Virus record (IMG/VR): IMGVR_UViG_3300046323_000587
Location: 162,481 to 226,480 of that record
Length of the DNA stretch: 64,000 nucleotides
Direction: 5' to 3' (one strand)
In this document: positions 1 to 9,289 of the stretch, one piece after another
How the letters are laid out: each line of letters begins with the position of its first letter
Numbering within the stretch: the first letter of the stretch is position 1
The notes under the pieces: generated by a model
What the model was told of the DNA's origin: nothing
What the model saw: the letters and a program-made list of their open reading frames with translations, nothing else
Database searches by the model: none
Position numbers and translations under genes: made by a program

Positions 1-1251
1 TGTTCCGTAAAAAGTTCTTACAGATTCGTTATCTAAATTTCCAAAACTTCCAGCTGGTTGATCTGGTCTCTCAATATTATTAGTAAAAGGGGTTTTAGTA
101 CTTACTAATAAAGGAGAAATATGTTTAGAATTTTTTACATATTTATCAGGTATATATTTATGAGCATTGACACCTTCGTAAATTGATAATGGGTCAAATC
201 TTTTAAGAGATTCTTCATATTGTTCTTTTAATTCATTATTTTTTCTATTTAAATGTAAATCTCTTATTATAGAACTTGCTTCTGGAGTATAAGTGTAAGC
301 ATATTTTTTATCTGGAGTAGCCCAAAATAGTTCTAAATTTTTACTATATTCTGGTTTTACACGTACTTCTCCTTTTTCGGCTCTTTCTGAATTTGATTTA
401 CTTCCACCTCTATAATAAATATCTTGTACTTTACTACCCTTTAATTCTTTTTGTGCTTGTTCTGATTTAGTAGAAAGATAAAGTGCATCTGCTATATCAT
501 CATCTTTTGTATTTAAATCTTTATAATACTCTCTAGCACCAGGAATTTCATCTTTTATTTGTCCATACAATTTACTACCTCTATCAACTTCAATACCTTG
601 TTCTTTTGCTTGTTTAAGAAAATCAGTAAACATTTCAGTATTACTTACATAATCTTTAATAACAGGTTTAAATGTCTTTGCAGCATCTCCAGCTAATCCA
701 AATAATGGTAATACTCCTGCTAATGTCAATGGTGAAATTTTACCTGTTGATTTATATTCTTTCCAAGCATCAGAAGCACCTTTAACATCTCCAATTACTG
801 GTAACATATCTGCAACAGTATTAACAATAGATTTACTTACAGCTTTGTTATCCATTGTTTTATCAAGTTTATCTTTTGTATTAGGAACATTCACATTACC
901 TAATGTAGCAGTAGTATTCTTTTGTCTAGGTAAAAGATTAGCTTCTTGTGATTGTCTTTGAGACATACCAAATCCACTAGCATTACCGCCACGTTCTTTT
1001 TCTATACGTCTCTGAATAGCTAATCTCGTACTCATATCATCACCTTGTTCTTCTGATAGTTTTTCAATCTCTTGTTGTTGTTCTCTTTTATCAGATAATA
1101 AACCTTTATTGATTTTAAATTCAAAATAGCTGATTGCTCTACTATTTTTATGCTTAATAGCATTAGCATACATATTTCTTTCAACTGGTGAAAGATGCTT
1201 ATTAGCACCAACTTGTAATGCTTGTTTATCTCCGTCTTGATATTTATTCAT
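1..1251 (-). CDS. Polymorphic-effector-like protein, runs off the window edge: conserved N-terminal helical domain + pre-toxin-TG-like segment + ADP-ribosyltransferase-like (ART-PolyVal type) domain
   Basis: Not in ORF track; my translation from ATG 1251 is open to base 1: MNKYQDGDKQALQVGANKHLSPVERNMY...VADMLPVIGDVKGASDAWKEY...SKVQDIYYRGG...LFWATPDKKYAYTY...ISPLLVSTKTP. Confidence 0.65.
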   Translation of the reverse strand, partial: MNKYQDGDKQALQVGANKHLSPVERNMYANAIKHKNSRAISYFEFKINKGLLSDKREQQQEIEKLSEEQGDDMSTRLAIQRRIEKERGGNASGFGMSQRQSQEANLLPRQKNTTATLGNVNVPNTKDKLDKTMDNKAVSKSIVNTVADMLPVIGDVKGASDAWKEYKSTGKISPLTLAGVLPLFGLAGDAAKTFKPVIKDYVSNTEMFTDFLKQAKEQGIEVDRGSKLYGQIKDEIPGAREYYKDLNTKDDDIADALYLSTKSEQAQKELKGSKVQDIYYRGGSKSNSERAEKGEVRVKPEYSKNLELFWATPDKKYAYTYTPEASSIIRDLHLNRKNNELKEQYEESLKRFDPLSIYEGVNAHKYIPDKYVKNSKHISPLLVSTKTPFTNNIERPDQPAGSFGNLDNESVRTFYGT

Positions 1252-1256
1252 TGTCG

Positions 1257-3404
1257 TTATTTATTTAATAATTTTATATTCTTTAAGAACTTCTGTTTAT
1301 CAATATTAATCTTATCTTTCTTTAAATCTTTTAATACATAATCAGAGATTTCTTTTCTATTAGACTTATTTTTCACTTTATTAAGAATTGTAGTAATTCC
1401 TGAAATCATTTCTTTAATGTCTGATGTATTCTTTCCTCCTTTACTATACTTTAAAGGTTTTTTAAGTAACAACTCTTTTGGTTTCTTTACTACTTTGCCT
1501 ACATAATCTATCAAATCAGGTTCAATAATAGAGTGAGCTTCGTGTTCAACTGTACCAGGAATTTTATATCTTAGATTGTTCCCAATTTTATCGTACAATA
1601 TTTGTTTTGGTAGAAAAGAAAAATCATTAGTATTTTGAATACCAGTAAAGTATTTTGTTAATTCTGGAATATTATCCATTATCCAATCAGCTGAATTTTG
1701 ATTTGCATTATGATAATTATCAATAATTTCTTTTGTATGGCTTGTTTGAGGTTCTCTATTTAATTCATTTCCAATATGAGTTGTTTTACTTACTTTTTGT
1801 AAAGCGTGAGGAATTTCACTAATTAAATCTTGATAAGAATTTGGATTAACTGTAATCTTGTGTTCTATAGGGGTATAAAAAGCTCTTGTATTATTTTTAT
1901 TTAATTCAATTTCTGGATTTCCTGATTCTTCTAACAGTTGTTTAATCCTAACTTTATGAGAAGGAAGTAAATTTGAGTTAGACAGCAATTTATTTAAATT
2001 ATCTTTTGTCATTTGTTTTATAGAACTTAACTCTATCTTACTTCCTTTTTGAAATTTCATTAAAAATTTAAGTTTGTTTCCTTTTTTATATATTTGATTT
2101 TGTTGTTCTGGTGAACTAGACTTATTTAAATAAGAATTTATTCCAACTGCTGGTAAAGCTACTGCTGGTAATTTATTCATTGCAGAAACAAATTTTTTCT
2201 TGTCTTTAAGGTAACTTAATAAATCTTTTTTATCTTGTGAGAAGTTATTAAAGTTATTGTCTATATCTTGTTCTGTAAGTAATTTATAAGGATCTTTAGG
2301 ATTTATTTGATGTCTAATTTCTTGCATTCTTGCGGATATCTCTGTAGGTTTTAAAAGATATTCAGCATTTCTATAGTTTTTATCTTTATCTAAAATTTCA
2401 TTAAATTCATATAAAGGTTTATCTGAATGTAATTTTTTATAATTATCTCGAATATTGTCTAAATCAGTATTTCCATTTTCTGAAAATCCGTCAAGCAATA
2501 ATTTTTCTTGTTTTGGGTATATTAAATTATTACTTTGAGTTCTATTATGATCTAATTCATGTATTCCAGTATTTTTTATATCTGGCATACTAGGATCTAA
2601 AAAAACATTTGTTTCTGCTTTAACTATTTTATCTGTTGTTTTATTTAAATTAGGTATAGCAGAATATATTTCTTTATTTTCTATTGGAGTATCTCCTAAT
2701 AAAGGATAGTGTACGCCCATATTACCTTGTAATATATCTTGATCCTTAGTAAGTTGTGGTGTAATTGCATTAGTTCTTTTTCTCATTTTAGCTATATCTT
2801 CATTTATATACCCTACTGCTAAGGCCCTTCTTTCAAATTCTGGACTATTAATTTGTTTTCTGTATGCTTCTGTACCAGCATTTAATTCTTTTTGTGCAGA
2901 AGATTTAGTTAAATTATTTTTTAACTCTAAAGCAGCTTCTTTTACTTCTTTACCAAATTGATTTAATTTCTTTTTAGTTACTGTAACAACTGGTTTTACT
3001 ACATTTTTAGCTAAATTGGTTATTTTTTGTACACCTTTTTGAGCTAATTTTTTAACTACTGCTTTACCTAATAAACTTGTACCTCCAGTTAAAGCAGTTT
3101 CAGCTATTTGTTCAAAAGTATCATCTGGATTAATTTTACCTGTTGCCATACCAGTTTTAGCATCAATTAAGCCTTTATTAATTTTATCTTGTCTAGAGCC
3201 TTCTACAACTCTATTTGAAGCTTCTTTAGCTTTTTGTATCAATTCCCTATTAAGAAATACTCCTACATCATTTTTACCTTTACTAGGATTGTTTTGAGAT
3301 TCCCATAAAGAACGTGGTTTGTTGTTTCCTGTACGTTTAATATATTGTTCATAAGTCTCTACTGTTTTAGCAGGAAACTGAAATTTCTTGTATGATTTAA
3401 TCAT
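1257..3404 (-). CDS. Multi-module candidate virion cargo protein with two zincin-like metallopeptidase modules
   Basis: GIHELDH...YLLKPTEISARMQEIR; second degenerate module ISEIPH...VEHEAH; GGK-type tags at the N-terminus, between modules and near the C-terminus. Confidence 0.6.
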   Translation of the reverse strand: MIKSYKKFQFPAKTVETYEQYIKRTGNNKPRSLWESQNNPSKGKNDVGVFLNRELIQKAKEASNRVVEGSRQDKINKGLIDAKTGMATGKINPDDTFEQIAETALTGGTSLLGKAVVKKLAQKGVQKITNLAKNVVKPVVTVTKKKLNQFGKEVKEAALELKNNLTKSSAQKELNAGTEAYRKQINSPEFERRALAVGYINEDIAKMRKRTNAITPQLTKDQDILQGNMGVHYPLLGDTPIENKEIYSAIPNLNKTTDKIVKAETNVFLDPSMPDIKNTGIHELDHNRTQSNNLIYPKQEKLLLDGFSENGNTDLDNIRDNYKKLHSDKPLYEFNEILDKDKNYRNAEYLLKPTEISARMQEIRHQINPKDPYKLLTEQDIDNNFNNFSQDKKDLLSYLKDKKKFVSAMNKLPAVALPAVGINSYLNKSSSPEQQNQIYKKGNKLKFLMKFQKGSKIELSSIKQMTKDNLNKLLSNSNLLPSHKVRIKQLLEESGNPEIELNKNNTRAFYTPIEHKITVNPNSYQDLISEIPHALQKVSKTTHIGNELNREPQTSHTKEIIDNYHNANQNSADWIMDNIPELTKYFTGIQNTNDFSFLPKQILYDKIGNNLRYKIPGTVEHEAHSIIEPDLIDYVGKVVKKPKELLLKKPLKYSKGGKNTSDIKEMISGITTILNKVKNKSNRKEISDYVLKDLKKDKINIDKQKFLKNIKLLNK

Positions 3405-4188
3405 TGTTGTCTAATTTAAATTTATATAAAGAAAATAATTTTCCTCCTTTTGAGTAAGCAGGTATTACAAATGCAGCTCCAGAAAACCCTTTTGCATAAG
3501 TATTGTAATCTTTCCACTGAGCTGTAGACAATTGATTTTTACTATTTGCTTTTGGTTTTGCTGAATATCTTCCCATATCTTGATAAGTAAAATGCAGATC
3601 TTTTGGATTTAATTCATAATCTTTAATAATTTGTTCTCCTTGTTCTTTTAAAACTTCTGGAATTCCAGATACATCTATACCTATTTGTTTACCATTTTTA
3701 TCAGTAAAGAGATAAGTTACGCTTCCTCCACTAAATCTAGAAAAATTTTGATTTCCTGTACTAGATATACTTGTTTCTTGACCTTTTTTTGTTGGAATAT
3801 AATTAGATTTTTGTCCAATTTGCCAACCTGTAGACTTTCCTTTATTATTCCAGTCTATGTTTGCAAAAGAGTTAGATCTAACTGGTAATTTACTATCGTA
3901 ACCTTCTTCGTCTAAATATTTTTTGTTATTTAAATCAATTCCTTTTATATCTTTAAATTTTTTATACCTAACTAAATATTCTCCATTGAGTTGTTTTTTA
4001 TGTTGAGCTATATAAGTATCGGGAGTTTGTGGAATATCTGGTAAAAATATATCTTCGTACTTAGATTTTACTGGACCACTTTTCCAATCACTATGTTGTT
4101 TTGTATTTTTTTGATTTGGTGTAATGTCTCCGTCCATAATAAAATGAGATACACCTAATACATTATTTAATGTACTATCTTTAGACAT
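3397..4188 (-). CDS. Hypothetical cargo-cassette protein (probably the 3' part of a disrupted longer gene starting at 4862)
   Basis: 263-aa ORF ending in YSKGGKLFSLYKFK tag; the upstream sequence reads as protein in shifted frames. Confidence 0.5.
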   Translation of the reverse strand: MSKDSTLNNVLGVSHFIMDGDITPNQKNTKQHSDWKSGPVKSKYEDIFLPDIPQTPDTYIAQHKKQLNGEYLVRYKKFKDIKGIDLNNKKYLDEEGYDSKLPVRSNSFANIDWNNKGKSTGWQIGQKSNYIPTKKGQETSISSTGNQNFSRFSGGSVTYLFTDKNGKQIGIDVSGIPEVLKEQGEQIIKDYELNPKDLHFTYQDMGRYSAKPKANSKNQLSTAQWKDYNTYAKGFSGAAFVIPAYSKGGKLFSLYKFKLDNND

Positions 4189-4862
4189 TTCGTTTTAATT
4201 TAGGTAATACAATTGTTCTTCCTCCTGTAGAGTTATCAAAAGTTCTTTTAAAAGAGTGTAATTCTCCATTTTTATCTTTAGCAACTCTTAACAATTCATA
4301 AGATTCTCTATATTTCTCTTCAGGTGTTTTTGAATTTGATTTTGAGTTTAGTTTTGAATCTGATTTTGAATTGTTGTTAGAAGTAGATTTTTTAGGCTCT
4401 ACTTTAATTAATTTTGATCCTCATCTTTTGTAGTCAATTTATCTCACCCTCGTTTCAATCCTCCTACAACAACAGTAGCGTTATCAGGAGTAAATATCGA
4501 AGTAACTCTATTTACAAATGAAGGTTCTTGATCAGTTTTGCTTGAATTTTTATTCTCGTTTTGAGAGATAAAACTATTTTCTGTAGAACTTTGTTTAAAA
4601 TTGTTTTGAGTGTTTGGTAGTCTATTAAGAGTAATAGGAGTAGTTTTTTGTCTATTTAAAATAGATTTATTTAATTCTAATCTATTTTTATTTGTGTTTT
4701 CTAAATTATTTTGTTTTAGATAATCTTGGTAAGCTTTTTCTGTTTTTGGTCCCCAAGCTCCATTTATTTTTACACCTAAAACAGACTGTATTTTTTTATT
4801 TTTTCAACACCATTTTCATTTATTTTGCCATTATTTTGAAACTTTTCTATAAATTTTTTCAT
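4189..4862 (-). pseudogene. Disrupted 5' part of a cargo gene with a peptidoglycan-binding-like motif
   Basis: ATG 4862 MKKFIEKFQNNGKI; frameshift in A-runs near 4790-4805 into KIQSVLGVKINGAWGPKTEKAYQDY; in-frame TGA at 4444-4446; further shifts near 4415 and 4190. Confidence 0.55.
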
Positions 4863-5185
4863 TGATTTGTTTTAATTAAATTTTAACAAAGTAATACTGA
4901 TATGAGTTTTACATCATTTTTTTTACAATATTATAAATTATTTTATTTACTCTTCCTAATAGCTAGTAGCTTTATTTTGAACCTTAGTCAAATCCTTTTA
5001 TCTTTTCAGTTTCATTTCTATTAGTTTTGTAGTTAAGTTTTAGGTTTTAATTAAGATTTAAAAGTAAAGTTTAAAATTAAATTAGAGTTCAATATTTAAA
5101 AAGTAAAAGATAAAATAAATAGAGTTCTAAATGATAATATATGAGATTTTAATTACTTTATTGAATTAATAGAGTAACCTTATTC

Positions 5186-6115
5186 TTAATATTTATAATA
5201 AGTTTTAATACTAATAAAAGAAGGAAGATTAATATAAAGACATTGATTACGACCAATGAAACCAGATAAACCAGCTTCTGACATATAATTAAATATGGAA
5301 GAGTCATAAACTTGATGTTTAGTATTAATATAGTTCCTTTTTTCATCAAATAATAAACCAAGTTTTTTTAACTTATTGAAGATATTTTTAGCTTGTTGAT
5401 AAGTAACAGATTTAAGTTTTGCTAAAACACTTCTACTTGAAAAAGCAACAGGATTAATTAAATCTTTAAAATTGAATTTAGATAAATTAGAGAAGAAGCG
5501 CGAACCATATTTTGTAATATAATTATCAAAATTCTCGTTTATATGTTTAGTAAGACGAGAAATGATATTTTTATTAGCTTGATTTAATTTTTGCTCACTA
5601 GCTATGAAAATGCCTTTTTCTTTTAATTCATTCTTAACAATTTTATCAATAATAACTTTTTCTTGTTGTTTTTTATTTTGGTCAAGTGCATCTGCAATTA
5701 GAATTTCTTCTAGCATATACAAATCACCACAAGGTACTTTTAATACTCTAGTTTTAGCTACAACGATTTCTGAGTTTTCTGACCAAAATTCGTGAGTACG
5801 AAACACTTTTTTAGTAGCTTGAATAGTAAGATTATTTCCATCTAAAGTAACCCAACCAAGAGCAAGAAGATTTTTAATATGTTTTTTGACCCATTGCTCA
5901 GATGGTGTACGTAAATCACAATCATTTACTACAAATTGATTTATATTTCTAATATCAAGATATTGTGATTTATAGTTTAATATAACACCTCCAACATATA
6001 AAGCTTTCAATTTAAAAAAGAAACAAGTATTACTCATCATAGTATTGTCTAATACCAGATATCTTGATAAACCAACAGGAATAGAAATTTGAGTAACTTG
6101 TTTAATTTGTTTCAT
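5186..6115 (-). CDS. Hypothetical DNA-binding/replication-initiator-like protein with winged-HTH-like segments, inserted in the cargo cassette
   Basis: KKHIKNLLALGWV and SRSVLAKLKSVTYQQAKNIFNKLKKLGLL helices; lacks the cassette tag; flanked by AT-rich spacer. Confidence 0.4.
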   Translation of the reverse strand: MKQIKQVTQISIPVGLSRYLVLDNTMMSNTCFFFKLKALYVGGVILNYKSQYLDIRNINQFVVNDCDLRTPSEQWVKKHIKNLLALGWVTLDGNNLTIQATKKVFRTHEFWSENSEIVVAKTRVLKVPCGDLYMLEEILIADALDQNKKQQEKVIIDKIVKNELKEKGIFIASEQKLNQANKNIISRLTKHINENFDNYITKYGSRFFSNLSKFNFKDLINPVAFSSRSVLAKLKSVTYQQAKNIFNKLKKLGLLFDEKRNYINTKHQVYDSSIFNYMSEAGLSGFIGRNQCLYINLPSFISIKTYYKY

Positions 6116-6173
6116 TTTTATTATTTGTTTAAATGTTAAGAGAGTGTTATGATGTAAATATAACTAAAATAAT

Positions 6174-7172
6174 TTATCTTCTTTTGTCGAAACCAAATTT
6201 TTTTTGTTCTAGTAACAAATATATATAAGGATTTTCGTCTTGTGTATACTGTTTTTGTAAGGAACTTAATTTATTTAAAATTTCTTCTTTAGAATTTTTA
6301 TCTATATTTCTTAACTTATCAAAATCTTTGCTTAAAATTTCTTGTAAATTAGTTTTAAATACAGCTGGAGATCTTTTTTCTAATTCTGGCAATAAATTGA
6401 GGTTATTGATATAATCATCTTTAAGTTTTATTACATTTTTTAAATTATTTTTATCAGATAAAATTTTTAAAAAATTGTCGCTATCTGTAGCAGATTTTGA
6501 CATTTCAGATAAACCTATATCTGAAATATTTTTTATTGGATTAAATTTAGAGCTGATTTGCGAAACTAGTTTATTTTTTAACTGTTTCCCTAAAATAGGT
6601 ATAGTTTTTGCCCCAACAGTTATTAGTGATCCTACATCTGTCACTGGTTCAACTAAATTACTTACACCAGATATAGTATTCTCTAATGTATGTTGTTTAT
6701 TAGCTTCATTTCTTTTTTTATTGTATTGGGTTTGTTGATAAAGCTTTAAATCAGGGTCTTTAGTTTTATTTATCTTACGTTGAGCAACATAGTCTTCCTC
6801 AGTCTTTTCTGGACGGCCTGACACAGCTTCTTTAATATCTGATACAGCTAAACTAATAGAATTTCCTGATAAAGTATTATATAAAGGAATATAAGCTTTC
6901 CAAGAATTTGCATTAGATTGTTTTTCTACTAAATTTGTACCGTCTCTTTGATCTCTTCCAGATAATTCAGAAAGACGTTCAATTTCAGATTGTTGTTCTT
7001 TATTATCTTTAACTAATCCTTTATTAATCTTATTTTCAAAGTAATTTATTAATTTACTATTCTTTTTAGCAACTGCTCCTCTATACATTGCTTGTTCAGT
7101 AGCTGATAAATGTTTTTGAGCACCTTTATTCAAACCACCTAATTGATGTTTTAATATTGATTTTAATTTCAT
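6174..7172 (-). CDS. Paralog of the 1-1251 protein (shared N-terminal domain), different C-terminus
   Basis: GAQKHLSATEQAMYRGAVAKKNSKLINYFENKINKGLVKDNKEQQSEIERLSE aligns with GANKHLSPVERNMYANAIKHKNSRAISYFEFKINKGLLSDKEEQQQEIEKLSE. Confidence 0.7.
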   Translation of the reverse strand: MKLKSILKHQLGGLNKGAQKHLSATEQAMYRGAVAKKNSKLINYFENKINKGLVKDNKEQQSEIERLSELSGRDQRDGTNLVEKQSNANSWKAYIPLYNTLSGNSISLAVSDIKEAVSGRPEKTEEDYVAQRKINKTKDPDLKLYQQTQYNKKRNEANKQHTLENTISGVSNLVEPVTDVGSLITVGAKTIPILGKQLKNKLVSQISSKFNPIKNISDIGLSEMSKSATDSDNFLKILSDKNNLKNVIKLKDDYINNLNLLPELEKRSPAVFKTNLQEILSKDFDKLRNIDKNSKEEILNKLSSLQKQYTQDENPYIYLLLEQKKFGFDKRR

Positions 7173-7176
7173 TGTT

Positions 7177-7494
7177 TTATAATATAAATTTTAATAAAGA
7201 ATTTAACTTACCTCCTTGTTTCCAAGTTTTAAATCTTTTATGCCAATATAAAGGACTAAATGGGTCTTTTGCTTTTGAAGAATCTTTACCTCCCATTCTA
7301 TTCCAGAAGTTATTACGTCTATCTTTATTTTTATGTTGAGTAAAATCTTCCATTCCACGAAATCCTCCTGAAACTATTTTATATTTATCACCTTTCTTTG
7401 CTAATACCTGCCACTTTTTACTTGAATCAGCTGGAGCTGTTTTCTTAACTCCTACTTTATTAAATCCTTTCTTTATATATCTTTCTGGTATCAT
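7177..7494 (-). CDS. Small basic DUF5754/DUF6321-like viral protein
   Basis: KKWQV...KIVSGG.RGMEDFTQHK..DRR..F..R......DPFSPLYW pattern; C-terminal WKQGGKLNSLLKF tag. Confidence 0.55.
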   Translation of the reverse strand: MIPERYIKKGFNKVGVKKTAPADSSKKWQVLAKKGDKYKIVSGGFRGMEDFTQHKNKDRRNNFWNRMGGKDSSKAKDPFSPLYWHKRFKTWKQGGKLNSLLKFIL

Positions 7495-7508
7495 TTTCTA
7501 TTGATAAT

Positions 7509-8303
7509 TTAATTTATTTTAAATTTACTTAAAGAAGAAAGTTTAGCTCCTTTCTTAGCATATAATACACTAGATTTTTGTTTGTTGCTTACTAAACCAT
7601 TCATCATCTCAATAAATTTATTATCCTCAAAAGATTTAATTAAATTTCCCAGTTTCAATCCTTTATGTTTTGATTTAATCAATTCTAAATCTTCTAATTT
7701 AAACTTATCTTCTGGTTTTTTGTTAAGAAACTTTCTCATTCCCATTAACTCAGGATATAATTCGTGTTCTTGTCCATTATTAAATTGATCTACTTCTCCA
7801 GACTTAGTATAACTTTTAATATAATTCTGTAATTCAGAACTTTCATCAAAATGTGTAGAATGAGTAAATTCGTGAACACTTGTACGAGGAATAGATACAA
7901 TACCATCACCTAAAAAATCATTATATTTCTTAATAGTTTTAGGGAAGACTACAACTTGATGTTTATCTTTTAGGTAAGCTCCTGATACACCTTTATAATG
8001 ACGTTTAACTTTTTCAATATCTTCTTTTGTATATGGTGTATCATTAACAGGAGATTTTAAAAACATTTCTCGTTCTATTTCATCTTCAGGTATAACTGAA
8101 ACTGTATTTAATTTGTTTTGAATATTAGATAAAGTTGTATTAGCTTTTTTCTTGTTACCATACAACTTTATCATTTTATCTCTTGTTGTAGGATTATTAA
8201 ACCAATCTTTTACATAATTAAGATGTTCTTTTAAATCTGTTTCAGAATTTACAGAAGTATTTTGGACAGATTTTGTAGGTTTATCTTTGTCAAATTTGTT
8301 CAT
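7509..8303 (-). CDS. Zincin-like metallopeptidase, candidate cargo
   Basis: VHEFTHSTH then QEHELYPELMGMR; C-terminal YAKKGAKLSSLSKFK tag. Confidence 0.6.
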   Translation of the reverse strand: MNKFDKDKPTKSVQNTSVNSETDLKEHLNYVKDWFNNPTTRDKMIKLYGNKKKANTTLSNIQNKLNTVSVIPEDEIEREMFLKSPVNDTPYTKEDIEKVKRHYKGVSGAYLKDKHQVVVFPKTIKKYNDFLGDGIVSIPRTSVHEFTHSTHFDESSELQNYIKSYTKSGEVDQFNNGQEHELYPELMGMRKFLNKKPEDKFKLEDLELIKSKHKGLKLGNLIKSFEDNKFIEMMNGLVSNKQKSSVLYAKKGAKLSSLSKFKIN

Positions 8304-8348
8304 AGCATAAATTTGTTTTATATTGATTTTATTTGATTTATACGATTT

Positions 8349-8606
8349 TTATAAAACATTTGATCCAGAGTTTAACTTATTAATATCTTTACTTAAATCA
8401 GCTAATATCGATTTAATTTCAAGTTTATCTTTTTCTGTAAATGGATTGATTTTTTGAATTTTGTCAAAATTAGGTGTAATCTCAGTTGGGTTGTTTAATT
8501 TGATTCCTGAAATTGATTTTTGGTAAGCTTTTTTTGTAATATTGTCCCAAATACCTGTTTGAGAAATGTTGAGATATTTTTGTAATAATTTTATACGCTC
8601 TTTCAT
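8349..8606 (-). CDS. Small protein with peptidoglycan-binding-1-like N-terminus
   Basis: IKLLQKYLNISQTGIWDNITKKAYQ. Confidence 0.5.
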   Translation of the reverse strand: MKERIKLLQKYLNISQTGIWDNITKKAYQKSISGIKLNNPTEITPNFDKIQKINPFTEKDKLEIKSILADLSKDINKLNSGSNVL

Positions 8607-8626
8607 AATTATTAAATTATTATTAA

Positions 8627-9286
8627 TTAAGCACTAACTTGTGTATTAGGTCTTGGATGTAATCTCCAATACATTTGAGTGTATTTATTCACCATTCTTC
8701 CTATAATATCAGAAACCATCCAATTAGGTATTCCAGAAGGTGTCTCTCCATCTATTTTACAACAACCAAATTCTTCTAAATCTTTTGGATTAGCAGGAAT
8801 AAAATCTACACTAATATATTTAATGTTTTCAGTTGGAGGGTTAAATAAAAACCCATCTTTAAGATTTGGGTGAAACCAGACAAAAGGTTTTGTACGAGTA
8901 AATTTACCATAATCTTGTTGTTTCCAAGTTGGGCCTTTAACTATATTGAATACATATTCTCTATCAACAGTTCCTACAAACTTAATTGGATTTAGAACAT
9001 ATTGAGAAGGTTTAGGTAATTTAAAATGTAGTGTATTATTGAAGGAAGATACATTGCAACATAAACTTAAATCTTGACAATCTAATTCTAAACAATTAAT
9101 AGATTGTATTAATTCATTTTCTTGTAAAGTACCAGATAAAGATAATTGTTTAATTATTGCATCTCTTTCTACTAATATCTCATCTTGTAATTGTTCGTGA
9201 GAATAAGGTTCTTGTAAAGTTGCTCCTTTTAACCCAGCTAAAATATGATTATTAATTGCAGAAGCTATTTGTTCTAGAGTATTCAT
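8627..9286 (-). CDS. crAss-like tail ring/adaptor protein
   Basis: LEQIASAINNHILAGLKG...EQLQDEI...C..LDC and PRPNTQ end resemble crAss-like ring proteins; position in capsid block. Confidence 0.55.
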   Translation of the reverse strand: MNTLEQIASAINNHILAGLKGATLQEPYSHEQLQDEILVERDAIIKQLSLSGTLQENELIQSINCLELDCQDLSLCCNVSSFNNTLHFKLPKPSQYVLNPIKFVGTVDREYVFNIVKGPTWKQQDYGKFTRTKPFVWFHPNLKDGFLFNPPTENIKYISVDFIPANPKDLEEFGCCKIDGETPSGIPNWMVSDIIGRMVNKYTQMYWRLHPRPNTQVSA

Positions 9287-9289
9287 TGA

